DNA of 64,000 nucleotides, taken from a virus. Taxonomy: Duplodnaviria > Heunggongvirae > Uroviricota > Caudoviricetes. The translations under genes were made by a program, and so were the position numbers. This document shows, in pieces, positions 1-7,834 of this stretch. Positions within the stretch are counted from its first letter, which is position 1. Every line of letters begins with the position of its first letter. The notes under the pieces were generated by a model. It was not told where the DNA came from. It did not search any database and saw only the letters and a program-made list of their open reading frames with translations. The stretch is from IMG/VR virus record IMGVR_UViG_3300028888_005256. One strand, written 5' to 3'.

Positions 1-76
1 TTACTGCTTTTTCAATTTTTTCGTTTTCCTGAAGATCTTCGTCTCTGTCTTCAATGTTATTTGTGCTGAAAGCCAC
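1..76 (-). CDS. 5' end of a gene running off the window start (GTG start, MAFSTNNIEDRDEDLQENEKIEKAV...)
   Basis: GTG at 76-74, GGAGG RBS at 88-92 and ACTAATTTT motif at 100-104 on the minus strand; frame open to position 1; not in the ORF track. Confidence 0.6.
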   Translation of the reverse strand, partial: MAFSTNNIEDRDEDLQENEKIEKAV

Positions 77-121
77 TTCTAGTGTTTCCTCCGAAAAAAT
101 TAGTTTTTTAACTAAAAAGTG

Positions 122-155
122 AAAAAAAAAAATCCCTGCTGTAAAAAGCAGGGAT
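122..155 (-). terminator. intrinsic terminator ending the 185-3125 minus-strand operon
   Basis: ATCCCTGCT-gtaaaa-AGCAGGGAT hairpin with an A-run on its left (U-tail on minus). Confidence 0.8.
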
Positions 156-184
156 GCTGTGTTTCGTTTCTAAAAAATTAGCTA

Positions 185-1078
185 TTAGCTAGCTAACGCT
201 TTTGAAATTAAGTCTGGGCTTCTTTTCATTGCTTTTGCAAGGTCTTCCATGTCAATGTCATGCTTCTGGAGCTGGTCTAAAAGAACTCCATCTTTTCCAG
301 CAATCTTGTATCTTACGATATTTCCGCCAATATTGTACTTGCTTGCAATGTTCATAAGAGACTCACCTGCAAAGATATCTGCAGCAATTTGTCTAAGAGG
401 ATATTCTGAATTCAACTTGTCAAAATCTTTCCCCATAGACTTGAGCTTTTCAAAGATCTCATAGTCTTCATCGTCTACTGAATACATGTTGTTTGATACT
501 TGAGAAGCAATTTTATCCCATCCGAATCCAGCTCTTTTGCCTTCCTCTTCATCTACTGCATCAGGATGGACCTCATCAGTGTTAAGCTCAGAAATTTTGC
601 CATTTTCTGATCTGCACATCATGTCAAGATATCCGCCAAAGTAGTACTGCCAACCACCAATCAAAGCCTGCATGCTTTTTGATCTGGTGTAGTCGAATCC
701 TGTACCGCCACGGCCATGCTCACTTGCGCCAAAAAGAGCTCTATTAGCAGCCTCAAAACAAAGACCATAGAAAAGCTCCATGTCACCGTTTGCAATTCTT
801 ACAGGCCAGAATTTTTTCTCTGGTCCAAGAAACTTTGCTCTTGAAGACATTATTCTCATAAATGCAAGAGTAAGAAGAACCTTCATTCCTGTATCTGAAA
901 TTTTTCTTGCGTTCTTTTCTGTCTCAAAGAGTGCTTTCAATGATTCAAAAGTCTGGCCTCTTACAAGCTCAATAACATTATCATTGATGCCGAAATACTT
1001 TTTGAATGCTTTTGTCCAGGGATTCTCTGAGTTCAATGCACTTAGAATGCCTTCAATATCTCTATAATCTTTAGCCAT
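185..1078 (-). CDS. hypothetical protein, possible C-terminal helix-turn-helix
   Basis: 297-aa ORF with GGAG RBS; C-terminal GESLMNIASKYNIGGNIVRYKI is HTH-like. Confidence 0.6.
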   Translation of the reverse strand: MAKDYRDIEGILSALNSENPWTKAFKKYFGINDNVIELVRGQTFESLKALFETEKNARKISDTGMKVLLTLAFMRIMSSRAKFLGPEKKFWPVRIANGDMELFYGLCFEAANRALFGASEHGRGGTGFDYTRSKSMQALIGGWQYYFGGYLDMMCRSENGKISELNTDEVHPDAVDEEEGKRAGFGWDKIASQVSNNMYSVDDEDYEIFEKLKSMGKDFDKLNSEYPLRQIAADIFAGESLMNIASKYNIGGNIVRYKIAGKDGVLLDQLQKHDIDMEDLAKAMKRSPDLISKALAS

Positions 1079-1106
1079 CTCTTAATCTCCAGTCTTGTAT
1101 TTATAT

Positions 1107-1394
1107 TTAGTTTGAATTTATTTTAGAGAATAGATCAATCAGTTCATCTTTCTCTATTGTAGACATTCTCTTAATCAATTCATCTGAATTTATAATTTCA
1201 TTTGCTATGCTCGGGAGTCTATCACCGAAGCTATGTCCCACACTCAAAACTAAACCAACACTTATGCATTTGTCGTGCAATTCATGTAAGTCTTCAGCAC
1301 TTATGTTTCCGAAATCTTTAGATAGTCGAGCAGCAATCTCATGCAACTCATTGAGTCGTTTTTTAACTATAATTTTATATTGATCGAAAATCAT
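1107..1394 (-). CDS. hypothetical protein
   Basis: 95-aa ORF abutting its neighbour in the operon. Confidence 0.6.
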   Translation of the reverse strand: MIFDQYKIIVKKRLNELHEIAARLSKDFGNISAEDLHELHDKCISVGLVLSVGHSFGDRLPSIANEIINSDELIKRMSTIEKDELIDLFSKINSN

Positions 1395-1811
1395 CTAAAA
1401 TCCTTTAAGATAGAAATTGTCTACTTCTTTGCTCTTGACAAATCCGCATCGTTCGTAGAAACTCTGCTTTTCATCACTTGCATATAAAGTCCATTTGTTT
1501 GCTCTTGTCAAAGACTTTATTATTCTAGTGCCATGACCGATATTTCTTAAGTCTTTACTCACTTCAAAAACTGAGATATGTACTGAGTCTGGAAGCACTG
1601 ATTCTTGCCTAAATGCTATGAAAGCTAAAAGCTCATCATCTTCTGTTATAGCAAACCACTGAATCCACTTATCATCTAGATAGCAGTCATCTTTTTCAAG
1701 GTATTCCATGACCATAGGAAAGTTTTCGCAGACGCCTTCATAAAAAGAGAGAAAACTTTTGCAAGATGGGAAACATTCTAGCTTTATCATTTTATTTTCT
1801 GTGCCAACCAT
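1395..1811 (-). CDS. GNAT-family N-acetyltransferase
   Basis: acetyl-CoA motif A (FEVSKDLRNIGHGTRII) and motif B (FYERCGF). Confidence 0.8.
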   Translation of the reverse strand: MVGTENKMIKLECFPSCKSFLSFYEGVCENFPMVMEYLEKDDCYLDDKWIQWFAITEDDELLAFIAFRQESVLPDSVHISVFEVSKDLRNIGHGTRIIKSLTRANKWTLYASDEKQSFYERCGFVKSKEVDNFYLKGF

Positions 1812-2182
1812 TCAAGAGCTGTTTCGTCCTCAAGTCTCAAATACTTTTCGTACTGAGAATAGAGAACACCTGAAGAACCATAATCTTCTCTTAAATACTT
1901 GATTCTATTTTCTGAGTATCTGTACTGCTTGAAAATTTTCTTAGCTTGCTCGTATGTCTTCAAGTTCAATTGATATGTCAAGCAATCTCTAAAGACTTCA
2001 ATGACACCTGTCATTCTGAAGTTCGACAAATCTGACTTAAAGAACTCTTGAGCTATCGCGCAAAGCTCTGCTTCCTCATCTATGTAGTCTTCAGGCACAC
2101 GAGATAAAAGACGACTTTCTAGATATGTTTGTGAAATCTTATCGAGAGACTTCATTCTCAACTTGACTTCACTTATTTTCAT
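1787..2182 (-). CDS. hypothetical protein
   Basis: 131-aa ORF overlapping both neighbours in the operon. Confidence 0.6.
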   Translation of the reverse strand: MKISEVKLRMKSLDKISQTYLESRLLSRVPEDYIDEEAELCAIAQEFFKSDLSNFRMTGVIEVFRDCLTYQLNLKTYEQAKKIFKQYRYSENRIKYLREDYGSSGVLYSQYEKYLRLEDETALEWLAQKIK

Positions 2183-2787
2183 AGCAATATCCCTGTAGAA
2201 AAGAGCTCAGCAGTCTTAAAATGCTGGAGCTCTTTGTTTTCGTAGCCTTCTGCGTCTTCCTCTGCTTGAGAGTTCAATTCATCACCAAGACCACTTGTTG
2301 GATCGTCTTCAGTAATATCGTCTGCATCTTCAACAATAACTTCAGGCACTTCAGCAGCTGTCATCTGTCTTGAAGAGTTTTTGTAATCAATCTCTTTATG
2401 CCAGAATCTGCTTATAGAGTTTACATATTCTGCATCATGACTTTTAAGTTCTTCAAGATTGTCAAAAGCATCTAAAAGAAGTTTACCTTTCTCACTAAGC
2501 AAATCTGTAAACTTGTCCCAGTCATAGAGTTCTTTATCATCAGGCTCCCACTGAGAACGATCGACGTATTCAAAAACTTTTGCAAGATTGTGTACAGACT
2601 CTCCAAGTGCAATAGCCATTTGAGACAATTCCTGAATTTGGAAATAAGACTCTTCTCTCAGAGTAGTAGCAATCTGTCTTATTCTGTCAAACTGCTCGCC
2701 AGCTGCATGAAGATATGCATTCTGCAATTCCATGTCAAATAGATGCAAACAATATATAAGGTAGCTCAATGTTCTTTTCTCATTCAT
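2179..2787 (-). CDS. ferritin/Dps-like four-helix protein with acidic tail
   Basis: YLHAAGEQFDRIR...EESYFQIQELSQMAIALGE resembles the Dps pattern HW..G..F..LH...EE.Y....D..AER...LG. Confidence 0.45.
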   Translation of the reverse strand: MNEKRTLSYLIYCLHLFDMELQNAYLHAAGEQFDRIRQIATTLREESYFQIQELSQMAIALGESVHNLAKVFEYVDRSQWEPDDKELYDWDKFTDLLSEKGKLLLDAFDNLEELKSHDAEYVNSISRFWHKEIDYKNSSRQMTAAEVPEVIVEDADDITEDDPTSGLGDELNSQAEEDAEGYENKELQHFKTAELFSTGILL

Positions 2788-2801
2788 TTATAAGTCTCCT
2801 C

Positions 2802-3125
2802 TTACTCTACATCTGTAAGATTGCTCTTTACTTTTTTAGGGTCAAGAGTCTTTACAATCTCGCTAATAGCAGCTTTTTCAGAATCTTTGATTTGTTCTGC
2901 AACGCCTTCAGACTTCTCATCAGCCTTATAGTCACTCAAATCATCTTGTGCTTTTGCTTGTGCCTCTGCTTGCTGCTTTGATTTATTTGCTGCACCAGCA
3001 TAAGACAAAAGTTGAGAATGAACTTCTTCTTTTACATTATCGTCTTGTGCATTAAGTCCAGAAGCTTTTGCTACTTTATCAACAATCAAGTCAGTAACAG
3101 CTTCAATCATTCTAAAACTATTCAT
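2802..3125 (-). CDS. hypothetical acidic/alanine-rich protein
   Basis: 107-aa ORF with ACTAATTTT motif just upstream of the ATG. Confidence 0.65.
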   Translation of the reverse strand: MNSFRMIEAVTDLIVDKVAKASGLNAQDDNVKEEVHSQLLSYAGAANKSKQQAEAQAKAQDDLSDYKADEKSEGVAEQIKDSEKAAISEIVKTLDPKKVKSNLTDVE

Positions 3126-3150
3126 AGAAAATTAGTAAAAGACTTTAAAA

Positions 3151-3271
3151 TTATTAATTAATAATTAATTAAATAGCTAGCACCCAACCAATTTTTATCT
3201 TAGCGCGTAGCGCCATTAATAGTTGACGAATTGGTAACCTAATGATAACATTTGTTAACCATAGGTAACAA
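3151..3271 (+). repeat. dispersed bipartite element copy E1 (core 3213-3234) with extended GNTAAC array
   Basis: AT-rich (TTAA)n + TAGC, 35-nt spacer, CCATTAATAGTTGACGAATTGG, then TTGTTAACCATAGGTAACAA at 3252-3271. Confidence 0.9.
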
Positions 3272-3282
3272 ATTAAGAAAGT

Positions 3283-3315
3283 TTGAAAAATTGTTAATCT
3301 TTTTATTATATTATT
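3283..3315 (+). promoter_or_regulatory. sigma70-like early promoter (TTGAAA ... TATTATATTATT)
   Basis: the same TATTATATTA motif precedes genes at 12018, 26751(-), 33988, 34330, 45990(-) and 58247. Confidence 0.55.
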
Positions 3316-3344
3316 TATGTAATTCTCTAAAAAGAGGTTTTTGA

Positions 3345-4256
3345 ATGAAACAGAAAATAAAATCTTTGATTCACAATGGACCAATCTTCCCGCAGAGAAA
3401 AGAAATTAAAGAAACAGTTCTTGTAGCTGGTTCTGATCTTTCTCCACTTGCAAAAAGAATGATTTACAAATGGGCTGCACTTTCTGAGACAGACTACGCA
3501 AAAGACGCTGTTTTCCAGAAAAACTTCTATTCAAACTTTAAGCTTGAACTTTCTGCTGAGCAGAAAAAATTGAAGTTCCCTGAAGATTGGCAGTCAATTA
3601 TTAAAAACATTAAGTCTACCCTTGACAAGCAGAAAGAACAAACCGCTCAGTATCGCAAAGAACATAAAGAAGAGATTGCTAAAGAAAAAGAGCTTATGAA
3701 AGAAAAATATGGCTGGGCTCTTGTTGATGGCAAAAAGCAGCCGCTTGGTGGTTATCTCATTGAAGATGAGGGAATTTTTATTGCTCGTGGAGATGCAGTC
3801 CATCGTGGGTGCTGGAAATACGCTGTTCTTCCTGAAGATGTTACGATAAACTTTATCGGACCGAAGAAAGACATTCCTGCTGCACCCGAGGGACATTCAT
3901 GGAAAAAAGTCGAATCAAACAATAATTCACTCAATGCAGTTACCTACAAAGTAAGTATTGGCGGAAGATTTTATGTAAACAAAAAAATTCGACTTGGTGG
4001 AAATTCAGACCAGCAGATTGCTAAAACGCAGCTTAAGTTTGAAAAAGCTAAAAAACTCTCTCAGAATTGGGATAAGATGGTAAAACACATCGAAGAAGGT
4101 CTCAAGTCTACTGAGATGAAACGAAAGCAATCAGCTTTAGTAGCTTGGCTCATTATGAACACAGGCATTCGAGTTGGTGCTGAAGTCTCTGAAGACATGG
4201 ATGCTGGAATTGAAGGTGCATCTACTTTGAAAGTAAAGTCTATTCAGTGGAAATAA
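3345..4256 (+). CDS. DNA topoisomerase IB, eukaryote/archaeal-type, N-terminal (core DNA-binding) half only
   Basis: HNGPIFP, VFQKNF, YGWALVDG, EGIFIARG..HRGCWK, PEDVTIN, PEGHSWKKV, KFEKAKKL, GIRVG (first catalytic Arg), GASTLKVKSI; stops before the remaining catalytic residues. Confidence 0.8.
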   Translation: MKQKIKSLIHNGPIFPQRKEIKETVLVAGSDLSPLAKRMIYKWAALSETDYAKDAVFQKNFYSNFKLELSAEQKKLKFPEDWQSIIKNIKSTLDKQKEQTAQYRKEHKEEIAKEKELMKEKYGWALVDGKKQPLGGYLIEDEGIFIARGDAVHRGCWKYAVLPEDVTINFIGPKKDIPAAPEGHSWKKVESNNNSLNAVTYKVSIGGRFYVNKKIRLGGNSDQQIAKTQLKFEKAKKLSQNWDKMVKHIEEGLKSTEMKRKQSALVAWLIMNTGIRVGAEVSEDMDAGIEGASTLKVKSIQWK

Positions 4257-4261
4257 GAATT

Positions 4262-4290
4262 AAGCTGGCATTTACGCCAGCTTTTTCTTT
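4262..4290. terminator. bidirectional intrinsic terminator
   Basis: AAGCTGGC-atttac-GCCAGCTT plus T-run between convergent genes. Confidence 0.8.
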
Positions 4291-5025
4291 CTATACACAG
4301 ATTCTTGTAATGCTGTTGAGATTCTGACCATCACAACAAATAGCTGCTTCACTATCAGTCGCTACAAGATATTTGTTGCTGTGACCAAGAACGATTTTTT
4401 GAGCTGAGAATTCTATAACAGGCGTTGTAATCTGTATTCCTGTACTTCTCATATTTATTTGAGAATATTGTCTATTTCCTGTTCCGACACCATTTCTAGC
4501 AGTAAGAACTATGCTATCATCACCTATGAAAATCATAGAACCATAACTGTTCATTATCCATTTTGCACCTGTCTTAATAGACATAAACTCTACAAGAGTG
4601 TTGTTCGGATTTTGTAAAGTTACACTTAGGTCAGAGTAGTTCATTTCAGAAACTTCTGAAGAGTTTCTTTCTGCTACTTGCAAAGATTCCTCATAGTTCC
4701 AGCTACCGACCATAGCTTTGCTGTACTCACCAAATACATTTGCAGGACCGAGCACATAGCCAAAAGTAAAATCATAATTTGCAATAACCCAAATCAAATC
4801 ACCTGACTTTGTATCTGGATTAGGGTTTATTTCAGTGTAGTACTTTGGTGCTTGGCCTTTGAACAGAGGCGGATATATTGGCAAGTAGTCTAAGTCATTT
4901 CCGTCTAAGTCGGCCATAAATGGCAAGATTCTGACTTTAAGTCTATCATCACCATTCGACATGCTATCATAGACTCTTGCTTTATAGAGTTTTAAAGTAT
5001 CATTTTGCTCATTCATTATTAGCAC
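4291..5025 (-). CDS. baseplate spike / gp5-VgrG-like OB-fold protein
   Basis: YKARV...DDRLKVRILP...GDLIWV.....YVLG OB-fold pattern, beta-rich C-terminus, position after hub gene. Confidence 0.55.
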   Translation of the reverse strand: MLIMNEQNDTLKLYKARVYDSMSNGDDRLKVRILPFMADLDGNDLDYLPIYPPLFKGQAPKYYTEINPNPDTKSGDLIWVIANYDFTFGYVLGPANVFGEYSKAMVGSWNYEESLQVAERNSSEVSEMNYSDLSVTLQNPNNTLVEFMSIKTGAKWIMNSYGSMIFIGDDSIVLTARNGVGTGNRQYSQINMRSTGIQITTPVIEFSAQKIVLGHSNKYLVATDSEAAICCDGQNLNSITRICV

Positions 5026-6308
5026 TCCTGAAGCATTGAAGGCATTGTCAAAGTTGTTTTATTTGCATCATACAAGAATGTCGGTCTTCGAACAGTTAGG
5101 GTTGTTGTCATAATCTCATTAGGCTTGTCTAGAATATGACGAACTGCTTTCACATTCCATAAGCCGCTAATCCAGTGAATTTCTTTCTGAGGAACTGATA
5201 CTGTTCCATCTGGGTTTAGAGCAGGAAAGAATAGATTTATATTGTCACCAGTCTTCAAGTCTGGTCCAGAGAATCTTCCTGAGATGCTAAGCGTGAACAA
5301 ATCATAGAAATTGCCAAGTGAAGACTTTACTGAAGCTAATCCGTCTTTCGTCAAAGAATCATATTGAGCTTTTTTCGCTGTGCAGTCAAGCTTTCCCAAA
5401 TACGAAATAGCTACAGGCATTTTATTTCCAACCATGCTCAAGCTGTTTATTTTTATCTGAGGCGCAAAAGTGCTCCAAACAGTTGAGCCTGCAATTGACT
5501 GACCGTCTGACAAAACGTCTATTTTCAAATTGTCAATGATTCTGCTGTAGTTCTCATCATTCACATTAAGCTTCATAGAATTGTACATAAAGACATTATC
5601 TGCATTGTCGTTCACGAGATCTTTCATTAAGTCTCTGTACTCAAGAATTGAAGGTTCATAAGCTGCTACAGCTACATAGTCTTTTCTGAAGAGATTATTG
5701 AATGTTGTCAAATGCGGTCTATTTACTTCATCAATCCAAAAAATTGGAGGATCTCTATTTATGAGTGTATTTGGAAGTATCTTATTCAGAATGAAGTCTT
5801 TATCTGATTCACAAACCATGTATCTCGGCTGTGAGCCAGACTCATCTGACTGTTCAATCAAGTCTCTGTCTATATTAAATTCCCATGATCGTCCGCTTTT
5901 TCCCAATATGTCTAGAATTATCTCAGAGTTACATTTGTCATGGAATATTTTTGATGAGTGCTCTTTAAAGAATTCCCAAGGATGGACTGCTAAGATCTGG
6001 ATAGCTCCTGTAAGTCGAGACATGTTCTCAAAAGCGTCACCAATAGCAGAGATTCGTAATTCACAAAATTTGTTTAGAGCTCTGCTAGGGTTTGTCTGTC
6101 CCTCAATCTCGTCAACAACTGAAAATCTTACTACTGAGCCTATTGCTAGATTATAGAATCTTGATAACTTTTCTCCGCTTTTGTCATTGATGACAAATAT
6201 CGCTTTCGGAAAACCTGTGTCTATATCACAAGTATACTCAAAAGAGAGTATATCTTCTGTCTCAATTCTTTCATTTTCAATAGCCAAGAGCAGTCTTGGG
6301 TTTACCAT
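5019..6308 (-). CDS. baseplate hub protein (gp27/gpD-like)
   Basis: ESDKDFI; C-terminal GDNINL...ISGLWNVKAVRHIL...TTLTVRR typical of hub proteins; tail module context. Confidence 0.55.
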   Translation of the reverse strand: MVNPRLLLAIENERIETEDILSFEYTCDIDTGFPKAIFVINDKSGEKLSRFYNLAIGSVVRFSVVDEIEGQTNPSRALNKFCELRISAIGDAFENMSRLTGAIQILAVHPWEFFKEHSSKIFHDKCNSEIILDILGKSGRSWEFNIDRDLIEQSDESGSQPRYMVCESDKDFILNKILPNTLINRDPPIFWIDEVNRPHLTTFNNLFRKDYVAVAAYEPSILEYRDLMKDLVNDNADNVFMYNSMKLNVNDENYSRIIDNLKIDVLSDGQSIAGSTVWSTFAPQIKINSLSMVGNKMPVAISYLGKLDCTAKKAQYDSLTKDGLASVKSSLGNFYDLFTLSISGRFSGPDLKTGDNINLFFPALNPDGTVSVPQKEIHWISGLWNVKAVRHILDKPNEIMTTTLTVRRPTFLYDANKTTLTMPSMLQEC

Positions 6309-6314
6309 TAAAAT

Positions 6315-6641
6315 TTACTCCTCATCAGTTCCAGGCAATTTCTGAGTTGCAAAATTACTTAAGTCAGATGCTTTAATAAGAAACAAGACATCACCAGGTC
6401 TCATTGTTCCAATGTACGGAACATTGTTTATGTTCAAGAGAATATCGTCTAAATATGTGATACCATACATGTCGTACATCCAAGACCAAAGTTTCTCTAA
6501 GTCTGCAGATGTCATTTGGACGTGCTTCGGGATCTCAGTCAATTGCACATCATTGTATGTGACACTTAATGGGTCTGGAAAAGCCTCCCCGTCTATGTCT
6601 TTTGCATTTGACTCACTCATGTAGTCATATCGACTAGTCAT
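6315..6641 (-). CDS. baseplate wedge / tail-X (LysM-like, gp53-like) protein
   Basis: DILLNINNV....MRPGDVLFL LysM/tail-X-like pattern; between tube initiator-like and hub genes. Confidence 0.45.
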   Translation of the reverse strand: MTSRYDYMSESNAKDIDGEAFPDPLSVTYNDVQLTEIPKHVQMTSADLEKLWSWMYDMYGITYLDDILLNINNVPYIGTMRPGDVLFLIKASDLSNFATQKLPGTDEE

Positions 6642-6644
6642 ACT

Positions 6645-7817
6645 TTATTCTCCATCAAAAAAGCCAAGAGGACTTGCTTGCATTTCATCAGATTGTCCTT
6701 TACCAGCTTTCATAATATTGTCCAAACTCTGATTAGAACTGAATGCAATAGATGCAAATGAATCTCTTGTTGCAGTAACGAATCCTTTGATACCAGAAAT
6801 TGTTATAGAGCCCTTTGCAGGCCAGCCATATTCATCTAGTAAAGATGTATCAAAGTTAACATTTACGCCTTCTATAGTGCAAGGACCAAAAGAGAACTTT
6901 CCAAGTCTTATGTTCCAAAAAGCATATTTTCCACTTTTAATGACTTCAGCACTTCCCTTTCTTAGCACTTTGTAGTAGTCTGTAAGAATAGTTTCTGCAG
7001 CATTTATAGCAGAAGTTGTAGCATCACCAGCTGTTGCAGAAGACAATGCATCGCCAGAGAGAAGCTTTTTTGCATTATCTCTTAAAGCTGAGCCTACTCC
7101 TGAAATATATGAAGCTGTGAACTCAGACTTTGTGGGATAAGGCGTTATGTACTTTCTGTCAAGGTCTGATTTTCCAGATTCTGCTCTAGGAAGTGTTATG
7201 TTTCCTAATGCCATGATAGGCTTCACAACCTCTTCTAGTCCTGAAAACAATCCATACTGTCCAAATGAAAAGTCAAATTCGAGAGAACCATCAATCTGCA
7301 ATGACGATGCTTCACCAAACAATCGAGGCTTTGTGTACGGTGAAAGTCGAGTAGATGCGACTCTATCATCTTTGCTTCCAATGCCAAATGCTTTCAATGT
7401 TTCAAGAAGATCAGTTGCTTTGTCAGCAAAGCCTCCTACACCACCAAATGTATTTGCATCTTTTAAGTCAAGATTATACATTATCTTAAAGCTCTGATCT
7501 TTCGGAAAAAGTGCTACATTTTCATGAACATCAAACAATCCATTTACAGAAGCTTTTTTCCAGTTGTCAAGTTGTGAAGCATTTGCCACTGTAGCAGGAG
7601 AACCAATTGAGATAAAGCATCGTTTATTGAGATTATAGTGCTTTGGCAAATTGTCGAGAATGCGTCCGTCATTACTCATCTCATAAGAAGAACTGTACTC
7701 AACGGGACTGGTCTCTGAACTACCGTCATTCTTAGTATTTAAGTGAGATGTGCCTGTTATTGATGCTTTTTTAGAGCCTGCAATTGCTTCTGCAAGCCAC
7801 TCATTTATTCCTGACAT
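6645..7817 (-). CDS. putative tail tube initiator / baseplate protein (gp48/gp54-like)
   Basis: GPCTIEGVNVNFD...GWPAKGSITIS tube-fold-like strand pattern; directly after the tape measure gene. Confidence 0.4.
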   Translation of the reverse strand: MSGINEWLAEAIAGSKKASITGTSHLNTKNDGSSETSPVEYSSSYEMSNDGRILDNLPKHYNLNKRCFISIGSPATVANASQLDNWKKASVNGLFDVHENVALFPKDQSFKIMYNLDLKDANTFGGVGGFADKATDLLETLKAFGIGSKDDRVASTRLSPYTKPRLFGEASSLQIDGSLEFDFSFGQYGLFSGLEEVVKPIMALGNITLPRAESGKSDLDRKYITPYPTKSEFTASYISGVGSALRDNAKKLLSGDALSSATAGDATTSAINAAETILTDYYKVLRKGSAEVIKSGKYAFWNIRLGKFSFGPCTIEGVNVNFDTSLLDEYGWPAKGSITISGIKGFVTATRDSFASIAFSSNQSLDNIMKAGKGQSDEMQASPLGFFDGE

Positions 7818-7834
7818 AATTCACTATTTCTCCA

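Noticed and set aside
4257-4290. Frameshift or read-through continuation of topoisomerase IB
   Set aside because: Only 34 bp, occupied by a terminator, separate it from a convergent gene; no room for a catalytic domain on the plus strand
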